The notes: generated from the sequence alone by a model not told the origin. A stretch of 47,094 nt of DNA from Dehalococcoidia bacterium (GCA_041494685.1 JBGQBE010000022.1:1-47094), one strand, 5' to 3'; counted from the first letter of the stretch, positions 28,324 to 38,975 are shown. Made by a program: numbers and translations.

Positions 28324-28357
28324 CGCCCGCACCGGCGACCACGCAGGAGGCATGGCG

Positions 28358-29140
28358 ATGCCCGCAACGAAACAGAAGCCCCCGTCCACCGGCGAGAAGT
28401 GGTCCGCCTACAAGCGAGCGCTGATCGTCACGGCCCATCCGGACGACGCCGAGTTCATGGCCGGTGGCACGATCGCGAAGCTCTGCGGCCTCGGCATCGA
28501 AACGACGATCTGCGTCGCCACCAGCGGCGATAAGGGCACGCGGGACGCCAGCCTGCGCCCCCAGGAACTCGCAGCAATCCGCGAGGCCGAGCAGCGCGCC
28601 GCGGCGAAGGTGTTGGGCCTGAAAGAGTGCATCTTCTGGGGCATGCCCGACGGCTTCCTGGAGGAGACACACGAGCTGCGCGGCCTCGTCGTCAAGCTGA
28701 TCCGTGACCTCCGTCCCGATATCATGATCACCTGGGACGGCTTCCGCCCCGCCTTCAACCACACCGACCACCGCGTCATCGGCCGCGTCGTCCGCGACGC
28801 GCTCTACCCCGCCGCGCACGACCCCCACTACTACCCGGAGCACCGCGAGTCCGGCCTTGGCCCGCACCGCGCGGCCGAGCTGCTGCTTGCCGGGGCGCCG
28901 GAGCCTGACTACCATGTTGACATAGGGCCCTATCTGGACAAGAAGATCGACGCGATCCTCTGCCACACCAGCCAGATCGAAGCCCGTACCCGCGACGACA
29001 TCCGCAAGAACTGGTTCGGCGCGGACGCGAAGAAACGCCTGCGGGAGACCCGCAAGCGCACCGGCTACGACTACGCCGAGTCGTTCCGCCGCATCGAATT
29101 CAGGCGGCCGCCGGGCGCGCCCGGCACGCCGACAAGCTGA
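28358..29140 (+). CDS. PIG-L/LmbE family deacetylase
   Basis: AHPDDAE, TSGDKG, REAEQRAAA, HTDHR, HTSQ; AGGAGG RBS. Confidence 0.9.
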   Translation: MPATKQKPPSTGEKWSAYKRALIVTAHPDDAEFMAGGTIAKLCGLGIETTICVATSGDKGTRDASLRPQELAAIREAEQRAAAKVLGLKECIFWGMPDGFLEETHELRGLVVKLIRDLRPDIMITWDGFRPAFNHTDHRVIGRVVRDALYPAAHDPHYYPEHRESGLGPHRAAELLLAGAPEPDYHVDIGPYLDKKIDAILCHTSQIEARTRDDIRKNWFGADAKKRLRETRKRTGYDYAESFRRIEFRRPPGAPGTPTS

Positions 29141-29168
29141 GACCGCCCGGGGCGGCTGCGGGAGCACG

Positions 29169-30053
29169 ATGGAGCGCCTGGCATACGACTTCTTCATCGC
29201 CGCCTACGCGCTCGCGCTGGCCGCAACCGCCGCCTACGTCGCGCAGCCGCTCTGGCCGCGCGTCGCCTACCGCGCCGCCGCGACCACCGCCGGCACCAGC
29301 ATGACCATCGCGACGAAGAGCGAGCCGCCCGGCTGGCTGGCGCCGCTCTCCACCGGCGCGAGCTGGCTGATGCTCGCCGCGCTCACGCTCTCGCTCGCCT
29401 TCCGCTGGGACGCCACCGGTCACCCGCCCTACGCCAATATGTACGAGTACACCATCGCGCTGGGCTGGGGCTGCTCGCTCTTCTACGTGATCTTCGAGCG
29501 CGTCTACCGCCAGCGCTCGATCGGCGCTGTGCTCTTCCCGGGCATCGCGACGCTCTTCACGGTCTCACTCGTCTACTTCCCGTCGAAGGTGACGCCGCTG
29601 ATCCCGGCGCTGCAGGCGAACCGCATCCTTGCGATCCACGTCGGCATGATGATGCTCTCCTACAGCGCGCTGTCGGTCTCGTTCGGCGCGGCGGTGCTGT
29701 ACCTGGTGCAGGACGGCAAGCGCCGCTTCGCCCGCCTCCCCTCCGCCAACACGCTCGAGGAGATCGCGCACAAGTCGGTGCTGGTCGGCTTCCCGATGCT
29801 CGCGCTCGGCATCGCCCTCGGCGCCTGGTGGGCGAACTCCGCCTGGGGCCGCTATTGGGGGTGGGACCCGAAAGAGACCTCTGCGCTGGTCACGTGGCTG
29901 ATCTACGCCGGCTACCTGCACGCGCGCGGCCTGCGCGGCTGGCGCGGCAAGCGCGCCGCCGGCATCCTCATCTTGGGTTACGTCGGCGTCATGTTCACCT
30001 ACTTTGCCGTGAACCTCTGGGTGAGCGGCCTGCACAGCTACGCCGGCGTGTAG
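29169..30053 (+). CDS. ccsA: System II cytochrome c biogenesis heme-handling protein (CcsA/ResC type)
   Basis: GHPPYANMYE, IHV, WANSAWGRYWGWDPKET (WWD domain), GLHSYA. Confidence 0.92.
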   Translation: MERLAYDFFIAAYALALAATAAYVAQPLWPRVAYRAAATTAGTSMTIATKSEPPGWLAPLSTGASWLMLAALTLSLAFRWDATGHPPYANMYEYTIALGWGCSLFYVIFERVYRQRSIGAVLFPGIATLFTVSLVYFPSKVTPLIPALQANRILAIHVGMMMLSYSALSVSFGAAVLYLVQDGKRRFARLPSANTLEEIAHKSVLVGFPMLALGIALGAWWANSAWGRYWGWDPKETSALVTWLIYAGYLHARGLRGWRGKRAAGILILGYVGVMFTYFAVNLWVSGLHSYAGV

Positions 30054-30143
30054 CGCGGCGTCACCCTCCACCGTTCCCCGTCCCCTCACCGCCCGCTACC
30101 ATCGCAGCACGCGGATGATCGCGGCACGCGACGGAGGTGGCGC

Positions 30144-30701
30144 ATGGCACGGGTGCGGCTGAACGAGACGAACGATCTGCCGGAGGACTACCGCTGGCTC
30201 TTCGAGCGCATGGAGCGCCGGGGATCGCTGCTCAACATCTTCCGCGCCCTCTCGCACAGCCCGGAGGCGCTCCGCCGCTTCATGAAGTTCGGCGACTACC
30301 TGCTCTCCGACGGCAAGCTGGATCCGGCCCTCCGCGAGCTGGCGATCCTCCGCGCCGGCTACCTCTGCCGCTCGCCGTACGAGTTCTCGCAGCACATCTC
30401 GTTCGCCCGCCGCGTCGGCCTCACCGACGCCCAGATCCGCGGCGTCGCCTCGCCGACGATCCAACTCTTCAACCCGCAGCAGATGGCCGTGCTCGACTAC
30501 GCCGGTGAACTCACGTCGGAGTCGCGCGCGTCCGACGCCGCCTGGGACGCCCTCCGCTCCTTCCTCAACGAGGAGGAGATCGTCGAGCTGACGCTGGTTA
30601 TCGGCTACTACAACATGGTGAGCCGTGCGCTCAACGCCCTGCAAGTCGATATCGACCCGCCCGCCGCCGCCGATCTCCGCGCGCTGGAGATCGAGCTGTG
30701 A
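30144..30701 (+). CDS. Carboxymuconolactone decarboxylase/AhpD-like protein
   Basis: NIFRALSHSP...LDPALRELAILR...SPYEFSQH...IVELTLVIGYYNMVSR. Confidence 0.85.
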   Translation: MARVRLNETNDLPEDYRWLFERMERRGSLLNIFRALSHSPEALRRFMKFGDYLLSDGKLDPALRELAILRAGYLCRSPYEFSQHISFARRVGLTDAQIRGVASPTIQLFNPQQMAVLDYAGELTSESRASDAAWDALRSFLNEEEIVELTLVIGYYNMVSRALNALQVDIDPPAAADLRALEIEL

Positions 30702-30724
30702 CGGGCGCGGCCGTCGGGCGCGGT

Positions 30725-31435
30725 TCACACGCTCGTACGGACGGCCTGCGGGCTCGGCGTCTCCTCCCCTACGACGCGTCCGTCGAGCATGCGGATGATC
30801 CGGTCGGCATGCTCCGCAACGTCCGGATCGTGCGTCACCATGACGATCGTCAGTCCCGTCTTCACGCGGATGTCCTGCAGCAACGCCAGCACGCGATGCC
30901 CCGCGACTGAATCGAGGCTGCCGGTCGGTTCATCGGCCAGCAGGATCGGCGGCTCCGTCACCAGCGCCCGCGCCACGGCAACGCGCTGGCGCTCGCCGCC
31001 CGACAGCTCCGTCGGCCGGTGCGTCTCCTTGCCGGCCAGGCCGACGAGATCCAGCATGCGATCTGCCCGCTCGCGCCGCTGACGCGCAGAGAGTCCCATC
31101 TCGAACAGCGGCACCTGCACGTTCTCGCTCGCCGACAAGGTCATCAGCAGGTTGTGGAGTTGGAAGACCAGTCCCACCTCGCGCGAGCGATAGTGGTTCA
31201 GGTCGCGCTCCGTCGCCAGGTCGCGCCCGTTGACGCGGATGGTGCCCTCGTCGGGCCGGTCGAGCGCGCCCAGCAGGTGCAGCAGCGTCGACTTCCCGCA
31301 GCCGGACTTTCCGACGATCGCGATCCACTCGCCGCGCCGCACCGTGAGATCCGTGCCGTTGAGCGCCGGGATCAGCCCCTTCTCGTACTTCTTCACTACG
31401 CCGGAGACGTCGATGATCGGCTCGCCGTCACTCAT
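30725..31435 (-). CDS. ABC transporter ATP-binding protein (MacB/LolD type)
   Basis: GKSGCGKST, LSGGERQR, LLADEPTGSLD, VTHD. Confidence 0.92.
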   Translation of the reverse strand: MSDGEPIIDVSGVVKKYEKGLIPALNGTDLTVRRGEWIAIVGKSGCGKSTLLHLLGALDRPDEGTIRVNGRDLATERDLNHYRSREVGLVFQLHNLLMTLSASENVQVPLFEMGLSARQRRERADRMLDLVGLAGKETHRPTELSGGERQRVAVARALVTEPPILLADEPTGSLDSVAGHRVLALLQDIRVKTGLTIVMVTHDPDVAEHADRIIRMLDGRVVGEETPSPQAVRTSV

Positions 31436-32543
31436 GGCGCAGCGCCTCCATCGGCGCCAGGCGTACCGCCCGGATCGCCGGGTACGCCGCGCCCACCAGC
31501 GCCACCGCGATGGCTACGCCAAGCGCACGCGCGAAAATGTTCACCGTATACTGCGGATCCAGCACCGACTGCACCGCGGGGATCATCAGCACCGCCCGCG
31601 AAGCCGCCACCCCCAGCGCAGAGCCGACCACCGTCGCGATCAAGCACAGGATCAGCGACTCCCCCACGATCATCCGCATGATGCGGCTGCCGCGCCATCC
31701 GACTGCGCGCAGGATGCCGATCTCGCGCGTCCTCTCGAACACCGACATCACCATCGTGTTCATCACGCCGATCGCGCCGATGCCCACCGCCAGCGCCGTG
31801 ATCGCCAGGTCCAGCGCGTCCATCAGCACGATGCCCTGGTCCACGCGCGAGACCTCGGAGATATTCGCCACCGTCGTCAGCAACGGCGAGTCGTCGCGGA
31901 TGCTCTGGGCCACCTGCACCGGGTCCAGTCCCGCCTTGACCACTACGTACACCCCGGTCACCGTGTTCGCCTTGCCCGCCGCGTCCTGCACCGCGCGCAG
32001 CGGCGCCATCGCGCCGTTGTCCTGGTACGTGTTGCCTGTGTGATAGATGCCCACCACGCGGAAGCTCCGCCCTTGCAGCTCCACGGTGCTGCCGACGCTC
32101 GCGTGCAGGTTCGCTGCGCCGGCATCGCCCAGCAGGATCTCTTCCGTCGTCCCCGCGCTCAGGATCGTCCCGGCAACCAGCGCCGGCGGTGCCAGCGCCA
32201 GGTCCTGCGGCCGCACCCCCATCGTCGCGAAGAACGGGTTGTCGCCGACCTGCGTGATGTCGAACAGCGCACGGATCGTGTGATCCACGTCCGGCCGCCG
32301 CGCGATCTCGTCCGCCTCCTGCTCCGTCACCGTGCTCAACGACAGGTCCGCGGCGCCTTTCCGCGCGACGATGAAGTCGGAGTTGTACGCGCGCAGGATC
32401 TGACTCGTCGTCGCCTTCATCCCGCCCACGATCACGCCCAGCGCCACGACCGTGGTGATGCCGATGCTGATGCCCAGCACCGTCAGCGCGGTGCGGACCG
32501 GCTGGCGAACGAGGTTCTTTGTGATCAGTGCGATGAAGGTCAT
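31428..32543 (-). CDS. ABC transporter permease (FtsX/MacB type)
   Basis: RTALTVLGISIG; GVMNTMVMSVFERTREIGILRAVG; YPAIRAVRLAPMEALRHE. Confidence 0.9.
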   Translation of the reverse strand: MTFIALITKNLVRQPVRTALTVLGISIGITTVVALGVIVGGMKATTSQILRAYNSDFIVARKGAADLSLSTVTEQEADEIARRPDVDHTIRALFDITQVGDNPFFATMGVRPQDLALAPPALVAGTILSAGTTEEILLGDAGAANLHASVGSTVELQGRSFRVVGIYHTGNTYQDNGAMAPLRAVQDAAGKANTVTGVYVVVKAGLDPVQVAQSIRDDSPLLTTVANISEVSRVDQGIVLMDALDLAITALAVGIGAIGVMNTMVMSVFERTREIGILRAVGWRGSRIMRMIVGESLILCLIATVVGSALGVAASRAVLMIPAVQSVLDPQYTVNIFARALGVAIAVALVGAAYPAIRAVRLAPMEALRHE

Positions 32544-32715
32544 AGCCGGACCCCTCCATTGATCGTCAGCCGATCGCCTCTCCGCCCGCCAGTGCCTGTT
32601 AGCCCCGTCCGGCGGCCCTTCCGGCCCCTGCGCCGCCAGGCGCCGGCGAGCGGTGCGCCGCGCTGATTCCGCATGCTAGTCTGTCTCGCGCCGGTCCTTC
32701 ACATCGGGAGCTGCG

Positions 32716-34953
32716 ATGCAACGCAACGACGGAGCCGCTGATCCGAGCCACGACCGTTACCGCCTGCTCGTCGAGCAGTCGAACGACGGCATCTTCCTGG
32801 CCGACGCCCAGGGCAACTACCTCGAAGTCAACCCCGCCGGCTGCGCCATGCTCGGCTACACCGAGGCCGAGCTCATCGGCATGAACCTGCGCGATCTCAT
32901 CGCCGCGGACGACCGCGCGGCATCGGAAGCGCAGACCGCGCGGCTGGCCGCGGGAACGCCGGTCCGGTCGGAGCGCCGCCTCCGCCGCAAGGACGGCACG
33001 TTCATCGTCGCCGAGATCAGCGCCTGGCCGACCTCCGATGGGTTTCTCCACGCCAGCGTGCGCGACGTCACGCAGCACCGGGCCGCGGAAGAGCAGTTGC
33101 GCGTCAACGAAGAGCGCCTGCGTACCGTCATCTCCAACACCCCCGTCGTCCTTGCGGCTGTCGATCGCAACGGCATCTTCACGCTCTCCGAGGGCAAAGG
33201 CCTCGCCGCGGTCGGCATGGAACCCGGCCAGGCCGTGGGCATGTCCATCTTCGAGCTCTATGCAAACGACTCCGACAACGTGGAAGCCGCGCACCGGGTG
33301 CTGCGGGGCGAATCGTTCGTGGTGCAGATCAGGGTGGGCGAGGGCGTCTTCGAGTCGCACTACGAGCCCATTCGAGACGGCGACGGCAACGTCACGGGCG
33401 CCATCGCCGTGGGCATCGACGTCACCGACCGCGCCAACGCGCTGGAGGAGGCCCGCCGGAACCGCCAGTACCTGGAGTCGGTGATCTCCAGCGCGCCGCT
33501 CGTGCTCGCTGCCCTCGACCGCGACGGCATCTTCACGCTCGCCGAAGGCGCAGCGCTCGCGAACATCGGGCGGCAACGCGGAGACGCCGTCGGCGCGTCG
33601 GTGTGGGAGCGCTACCGGGACACGCCTGACCTGCTGGATGCCATCCGCCGGGCCTTGGGCGGGGCATCCTCCAAGCTCGAGGTGCGCCTGAGCGACCGCG
33701 TGTTCGATACCTACGCGTCCCCGCTGCGCGACGAACGGGGCGCGATCACGGGCGCCGTCCTCGTCGGCGTCGACGTCAGCGAACGCAAGCGGCTCGAGGA
33801 GCAGTTCCTGCAGGCGCAGAAGATGGAGACCATCGGCCGCCTCGCCGGGGGCGTCGCCCACGACGTCAACAACCTGATGACCGTGATCATCGGCACGACC
33901 GATCTCGTCCTCGACACGCTGGGGCGCGACCACCCCGCCGTCGCCGACGTGCGCGAGATCAGCGAAGTAGCACAGCGCGCCGGCACGCTCGCCAACCAGC
34001 TGCTCGCCTTCTCCCGCCGCCAGATGATCCAGCCGGGTGTGGTCAACCTCAACAACCTGGTCGCCAACACCCAGCGCATGCTCACCCGCCTCATCGGCGA
34101 GGATGTCGATCTGCAGACGGTGCTGGCGCCGGACCTGGGGCAGGTCAACGTGGACGTGAGCCAGTTCCAGCAGCTCCTGGTCAACCTCGCCGTGAACTCG
34201 CGCGACGCCATGCCCGACGGCGGCCGCCTGATCGTAGAAACCGAGAACGTCGTATTGGGCGCGAAGGACATGGTCCCGTACGGAGAGATGCAGCCGGGAC
34301 GCTACGTGATGCTGACCTTCTCTGACACCGGGACTGGCATGAGCGAAGACGTGCAGGCGCACGCCTTCGAGCCGTTCTTCACCACCAAGGAGGTCGGGCG
34401 CGGCACCGGCCTCGGCCTCGCCGCCGCCTACGGCATCGCGAAGCAGGCAGGCGGCGATATCTCGGTGCAGTCCGAAGTCGGACGCGGCACAACCTTCAAG
34501 ATCCTGCTCCCGCGCATCGACGCGGGGGCAGACGGTGCCGCACGCGCCGACGTGGGCGTGCCCGACTCTCTCCCACGCGGCGCCGAGACGATCCTCCTGG
34601 TCGAGGACGAGGCCGACGTGCGCGGCGTCGCCGCGCGCATCCTCCTCAGGCTCGGCTACTCGGTGATCGAGGCATCAGACGGCGCCACGGCGCTGCGCGT
34701 CGCAGCCACCGTCCCCGGCCGGATCGACCTGCTCCTCACCGACCTCGTCATGCCATCCATGGGCGGACGCGAGCTGGGAGTCCAGCTCACGGCGCTGCGC
34801 CCTTCCATGCGCGTGCTGCTCACGTCGGGCTACGCCGACGACGCCGCGCTGCGCATGGGCGCGGACGCCGCCGCCGTCGCGTTCCTGCGCAAGCCGTTCT
34901 CATCGCGGCTGCTGGCCGAGAAAGTGCGAGAGGTGCTGGACGCCCCCCGTTGA
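32716..34953 (+). CDS. Cytoplasmic hybrid histidine kinase with three PAS domains and a C-terminal receiver
   Basis: Repeated PAS segments, GRLAGGVAHDVNN, FEPFFTTKEVGRGTGLGL, receiver ILLVEDE...LLLTDLVMP...KPF. Confidence 0.92.
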   Translation: MQRNDGAADPSHDRYRLLVEQSNDGIFLADAQGNYLEVNPAGCAMLGYTEAELIGMNLRDLIAADDRAASEAQTARLAAGTPVRSERRLRRKDGTFIVAEISAWPTSDGFLHASVRDVTQHRAAEEQLRVNEERLRTVISNTPVVLAAVDRNGIFTLSEGKGLAAVGMEPGQAVGMSIFELYANDSDNVEAAHRVLRGESFVVQIRVGEGVFESHYEPIRDGDGNVTGAIAVGIDVTDRANALEEARRNRQYLESVISSAPLVLAALDRDGIFTLAEGAALANIGRQRGDAVGASVWERYRDTPDLLDAIRRALGGASSKLEVRLSDRVFDTYASPLRDERGAITGAVLVGVDVSERKRLEEQFLQAQKMETIGRLAGGVAHDVNNLMTVIIGTTDLVLDTLGRDHPAVADVREISEVAQRAGTLANQLLAFSRRQMIQPGVVNLNNLVANTQRMLTRLIGEDVDLQTVLAPDLGQVNVDVSQFQQLLVNLAVNSRDAMPDGGRLIVETENVVLGAKDMVPYGEMQPGRYVMLTFSDTGTGMSEDVQAHAFEPFFTTKEVGRGTGLGLAAAYGIAKQAGGDISVQSEVGRGTTFKILLPRIDAGADGAARADVGVPDSLPRGAETILLVEDEADVRGVAARILLRLGYSVIEASDGATALRVAATVPGRIDLLLTDLVMPSMGGRELGVQLTALRPSMRVLLTSGYADDAALRMGADAAAVAFLRKPFSSRLLAEKVREVLDAPR

Positions 34954-35162
34954 CGCGCGCCGCCCAGGCCGGCGCTTCGGACGCGTCCGGCAATCGCGGC
35001 CGCTTTCCGCGTCAGATCCACCCATGCGCACGGAACGGCCGCAGCACGACCGGCAGCCCTGCCTCGAACGACGTCGCCGCCCACCCCAGCTCCGCACGCG
35101 CCGAAGCCCGTCGCGTCGTCCTTTGTCCCGGGTTCCCGCGCAGGTATCCCGCCGATCGGCCG

Positions 35163-35191
35163 TTGACACCGCGCCTGCCGCACCGCACGAT
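35163..35191 (+). promoter_or_regulatory. Sigma-70 promoter TTGACA-N17-CACGAT
   Basis: Consensus -35 with a 17-nt spacer, about 30 nt upstream of the GNAT ATG. Confidence 0.6.
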
Positions 35192-35222
35192 GAAGCCCTG
35201 CGATCAGCCACGGAGGTGCCCC

Positions 35223-35885
35223 ATGCAACAGGCCGCCACGGACATCAAGATCGTCGACGCACGCCCCGAACACGCCTCGTTCGTCGCGTGGGTGATGCTG
35301 ACCGCCGCGCGGTCGCACGTCGAGAATGGCATGTGGGACTTCATGGCCGGGCCCGACGAGGACCGCGCACTACGCTTCCTCGAAGCACTCGCGAGTACCG
35401 AGCAGGCGCACTGGGCGCACCACTCGCTCTTCCTCGTCGCCGAAGTCGGCGGCCGCCCCGCGTCCGCGCTCTGCGGCTACTTCGACGAGCAGCACGCGCC
35501 GTCTACGATGCTGCCCGCGCTGCCGCTCGCCGCAGCCGCGGCGAAGATCCCGGAGAGCGTGTTCATGGCCGGGTGGCAGGACGGCGGCGCGTCGATCGTC
35601 CACGTCTCGCCGGAGCACGTACCCGGCGCGTGGATCGTCGAGCACGTCGCGACGTTGCCGGAGTTCCGGCGGCAGGGCCTCGTCGATCGGCTCCTCGCCG
35701 CCGTGCTGGACAGGGGCCGCGCACGCGGCGCGACCACGGCGGACATCGGCGTGCTCATCGGCAACGACCGCGCCCAGCGCGCGTACGAGAAGGCGGGCTT
35801 CGCCGTCATCGGCGAGAAGCTCCACCCGGAGTTCGAGGCGGCCTACCACTGCCCCGGCATCCGCGAGCTCAGGCGCGCGCTGTAG
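35223..35885 (+). CDS. GNAT family N-acetyltransferase
   Basis: VATLPEFRRQGLV and NDRAQRAYEKAGF; GGAGG RBS. Confidence 0.85.
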   Translation: MQQAATDIKIVDARPEHASFVAWVMLTAARSHVENGMWDFMAGPDEDRALRFLEALASTEQAHWAHHSLFLVAEVGGRPASALCGYFDEQHAPSTMLPALPLAAAAAKIPESVFMAGWQDGGASIVHVSPEHVPGAWIVEHVATLPEFRRQGLVDRLLAAVLDRGRARGATTADIGVLIGNDRAQRAYEKAGFAVIGEKLHPEFEAAYHCPGIRELRRAL

Positions 35886-36041
35886 CGCGGAGCGCCGCTA
35901 CTCCTTCGCGCGCCGCAACAACCCGCCTCCGCCTGTACAGCTGCGGAAACTGCAATCCCCGCGCGTCGCAACCGCCGCATTCGCAGACGCATACTGGTGC
36001 CCCAGACCCGCGTCCGGTCGACGCGGCACACGGAGGACGCC

Positions 36042-36947
36042 ATGGCCGCCCACGCCGCCGTCACCGATCTCGCACCCGCACCAGCGGATGCCGCGCTCGC
36101 GATCGACGTCCGCTCGCTGAGCAAGCGCTACGCCGGCGGCGTGCTCGCTAACGACGACATCAGCCTGCGCGTCGCCGCAGGCATGACGCTCGGACTGCTC
36201 GGCCACAACGGCGCCGGCAAGACCACGCTCGTCCGCCAGATCACCGGCGAGTTGCAGCCGACGTCCGGCGGCGTGCACGTCATGGGCATCGACGTCGTCC
36301 GCCACTACGGCCGCGCCCGCAAGCTGATGGGCGTCGTGCCGCAGGAAGCGATACCGTACGACCACCTCACCCCGCGCGAGCATCTGGCGTTCTTCGCCCG
36401 CCTCCGCGGCCTCAGCCGCGGCGACGCCGCTCGCCGCGCCGCCGAACTGATCGAGTCGCTCGGCCTCGGTCCGCACGCGTCAAAGTTGTCCCGCACACTC
36501 TCCGGCGGCCTCAAGCGCAAGCTCCTCGTCGGCAACGCGCTCGTCGGCGACCCGCCGGTGCTCGTGCTCGACGAGCCGACCACTGGCCTCGACCCGCATG
36601 CCCGCCGTGAAGTGTGGTCGCTGCTGCGCACGCTGCGCGGCCGCGGCCGCACCATCATCATGACCACGCATTACATGGAGGAGGCCGAAGAGCTCTGCGA
36701 CGAGGTCGCGCTGATCAGCGGCGGCCGCCTCGCCGTCCAGGGCACCGTCGAGCAGCTGCGCGCGCACGTCCGCAACCGCTTCAAGGCCACGTACGAGGGC
36801 GCCGACGGCCACGACGCCGTCTTCGGCGAGACCGCGGACGACGTGCTGGCCGAGCTGGCACGACGCGGCGTCGAGGAGTTCTCGTTGACGAAGACGAGCC
36901 TCGAAGACGTGTACATGGAACTGACCGCGCGGGCGCAGGAGGGATGA
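36042..36947 (+). CDS. ABC-2 type exporter ATP-binding protein
   Basis: GHNGAGKTT, LSGGLKRK, LDEPTTGLDP, TTHYMEEAE. Confidence 0.92.
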   Translation: MAAHAAVTDLAPAPADAALAIDVRSLSKRYAGGVLANDDISLRVAAGMTLGLLGHNGAGKTTLVRQITGELQPTSGGVHVMGIDVVRHYGRARKLMGVVPQEAIPYDHLTPREHLAFFARLRGLSRGDAARRAAELIESLGLGPHASKLSRTLSGGLKRKLLVGNALVGDPPVLVLDEPTTGLDPHARREVWSLLRTLRGRGRTIIMTTHYMEEAEELCDEVALISGGRLAVQGTVEQLRAHVRNRFKATYEGADGHDAVFGETADDVLAELARRGVEEFSLTKTSLEDVYMELTARAQEG

Positions 36948-36949
36948 CG

Positions 36950-37687
36950 ATGGCGAAGTTCTTCTCCGACGCGCTCGTGGTGTTCGAGATGGAGCTGCGC
37001 AAGCTGCGCGCGTGGGGTCCCATCTACCTGTTCTCGATCGTCATCGTCCCGATCGGGACGCTGCTGTTCGCGAAGGCGCTGACGCCTCCCGGCTCTGGCG
37101 ACCAGGTGGCGACGCGGTTGATGACCGGCTCGCTCGTCTTCGGCATCGGCATCATGACGGTGAACAACCTGGCGCAGCTGATGGCGATGGAGCGCTTCCA
37201 GCACATGCTCAAGCTGATCATCACGTCGCCGATCCACCCGCTGTCCTACGCGCTCGGCGTCGTCGTATTCGCCGTCGCGCAGGGTATGCTGACCGCGGGC
37301 GTCATCCTCAGCTTCGCGCCGGTCTTCGGCATCGGCATCCACCTCAACCTGTGGCTGATCCCGGTGCTCGTGCTCACGTCGTTGTCGATGACGGGCATGG
37401 GCATCGTCATCGCCACCTGGAGTCCGACGGCCGAGATCAGCAACATGCTCGCCAACACCGCGGGCATCATGCTCACGATGCTGTCGCCCGTCTACTACCC
37501 GATCGAGCGCCTGCCCCACTGGCTGCGCTGGGCCGCCCGCATGTCGCCGTACACCCACGCCGGCCAGGCCGTCGACGCGATCCTCTCCGGCCGCGGCGGC
37601 TTCGCGCAGGAGACGTTCATCCTGCTCGCGATCACCGCCGCCGGCCTGACGCTCGGCATCGGCGGCCTTCGCTGGCGCGAGCGCTAA
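36950..37687 (+). CDS. ABC-2 type exporter permease
   Basis: Multiple TM segments, LSPVYYPIERLPHWL...SPYT; start is ATG 36950 or 36944. Confidence 0.88.
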   Translation: MAKFFSDALVVFEMELRKLRAWGPIYLFSIVIVPIGTLLFAKALTPPGSGDQVATRLMTGSLVFGIGIMTVNNLAQLMAMERFQHMLKLIITSPIHPLSYALGVVVFAVAQGMLTAGVILSFAPVFGIGIHLNLWLIPVLVLTSLSMTGMGIVIATWSPTAEISNMLANTAGIMLTMLSPVYYPIERLPHWLRWAARMSPYTHAGQAVDAILSGRGGFAQETFILLAITAAGLTLGIGGLRWRER

Positions 37688-37710
37688 CGCGGGCCGTTCG
37701 CCATCGGAGG

Positions 37711-37739
37711 TTGTAAGTTGACACCCCGTACCCTAGGAT
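37711..37739 (+). promoter_or_regulatory. Sigma-70-like promoter TTGTAA-N17-TAGGAT
   Basis: Hexamers with a 17-nt spacer in an AT-rich patch upstream of the kinase gene. Confidence 0.5.
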
Positions 37740-37776
37740 AGAGAAAGTTCTAAGTTTCTAATCTCCGGCCGGCCTG

Positions 37777-38790
37777 ATGTGCGAAGAGCAATCCATGCTT
37801 CCAGACAAGATCTTCAGGGCCGTCGTTGAGGCACTGCCGGACGCCGTCGTCATCGCCAACGAGCGGGGCACGATCGAGCTGGTCAACGCGCAGGCCGAGG
37901 CGCTCTTCGGCTACGAGCGCGAGGAACTGATCGACCAGCCCGTCGAGATCCTGGTGCCCGACGAGGTCCGCGACGCCCACACCGGCCACCGCGATCAGTA
38001 CGTGCGCCACCCCGGCATACGGCCTATGGGCGTCGGCGTCGAACTGCTAGGGCGCCGGAAGTCCGGTGCGCTTTTCCCGGTCGAGATCAGTCTCAGCCCG
38101 CTCGTCCGCGGCACGCAGACCTTCATCACAAGCGTCATCCGCGACCTCTCCGAACGCAACCAGATGCGCAATGCGCTGGAGATGGAGCAGGAGCGCCAGC
38201 GCATCGCGATGGACCTCCACGACGGGACGATCCAGTCGATCTATGCCACCGCGCTGGGGCTCGAACTCGCACTCGGCGACATCGTCCAGGATCCGGTGAA
38301 CGCCGGGAAGCGCGTGGACGGCAGCATCACCCAGCTCAACGACGTAATCGGCGATATCCGCGCCTATATCTTCGACCTGCGCCCCGTGCACTCCTCCGGC
38401 GACCTCCTCCACGATCTCGCCGCCACCGTCGAAGAGTTCCGCGCCAGCACCGCGCTGCAGGTCTCGCCGCGGCTCCCGCGATCGATCTCCGAGCTGCGCG
38501 ACGACCGCGCGGCCGCCATGCTGCACATCGCGCGCGAGGCGCTGTCCAACGTCCGCAAGCACGCCCGCGCGTCGGCCATCTCCGTCGAAGTCACCGACCT
38601 CGACCACGTCATCCAGCTGCAGATCCACGACGACGGCGTCGGCTTTCACGCCGACGCCCAGCAGACGCAGACGCACCGCGGCCTGCGCAACATGCGCCTC
38701 CGCACCCAGCGCCTCGGCGGCGCCTTTGACCTCGAGAGCGCCCCCGGCGCAGGCACCACGCTCCGCCTCCGGATGCCCACCGGCGTCTGA
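37777..38790 (+). CDS. PAS-domain sensor histidine kinase (HisKA_3/NarX-like), orphan
   Basis: PAS domain, ERQRIAMDLHDGTIQ, EALSNVRKHA, DDGVGF, GLRNM; the start may be 37795. Confidence 0.9.
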   Translation: MCEEQSMLPDKIFRAVVEALPDAVVIANERGTIELVNAQAEALFGYEREELIDQPVEILVPDEVRDAHTGHRDQYVRHPGIRPMGVGVELLGRRKSGALFPVEISLSPLVRGTQTFITSVIRDLSERNQMRNALEMEQERQRIAMDLHDGTIQSIYATALGLELALGDIVQDPVNAGKRVDGSITQLNDVIGDIRAYIFDLRPVHSSGDLLHDLAATVEEFRASTALQVSPRLPRSISELRDDRAAAMLHIAREALSNVRKHARASAISVEVTDLDHVIQLQIHDDGVGFHADAQQTQTHRGLRNMRLRTQRLGGAFDLESAPGAGTTLRLRMPTGV

Positions 38791-38855
38791 CTGCCGCTTG
38801 TGACAGGCCGCACGAGTGGCCAGTTTGCGATCCGTTATAGTTACCGTAATCCAAT

Positions 38856-38975
38856 AGGCCGAATCCGCGTTAGCGCGGAGCGGGGGAACCACGTTTCGGG
38901 GTGAGTCTCGCATCAGCGAGTAGGCCAGCTTCTCAGGCCGAACCCGTCAGCTAACCTCGCAGGCACATGAGAGGG
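38856..38975 (+). ncRNA. c-di-AMP riboswitch (ydaO-yuaA class)
   Basis: Diagnostic blocks in order: GCCGAATCC...GGAGCGGGGGAACCA...TTTCGGGGTGAGTC...GTAGG...CCGAACCCGTCAGCTAACCTCGCAGGC. Confidence 0.9.
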
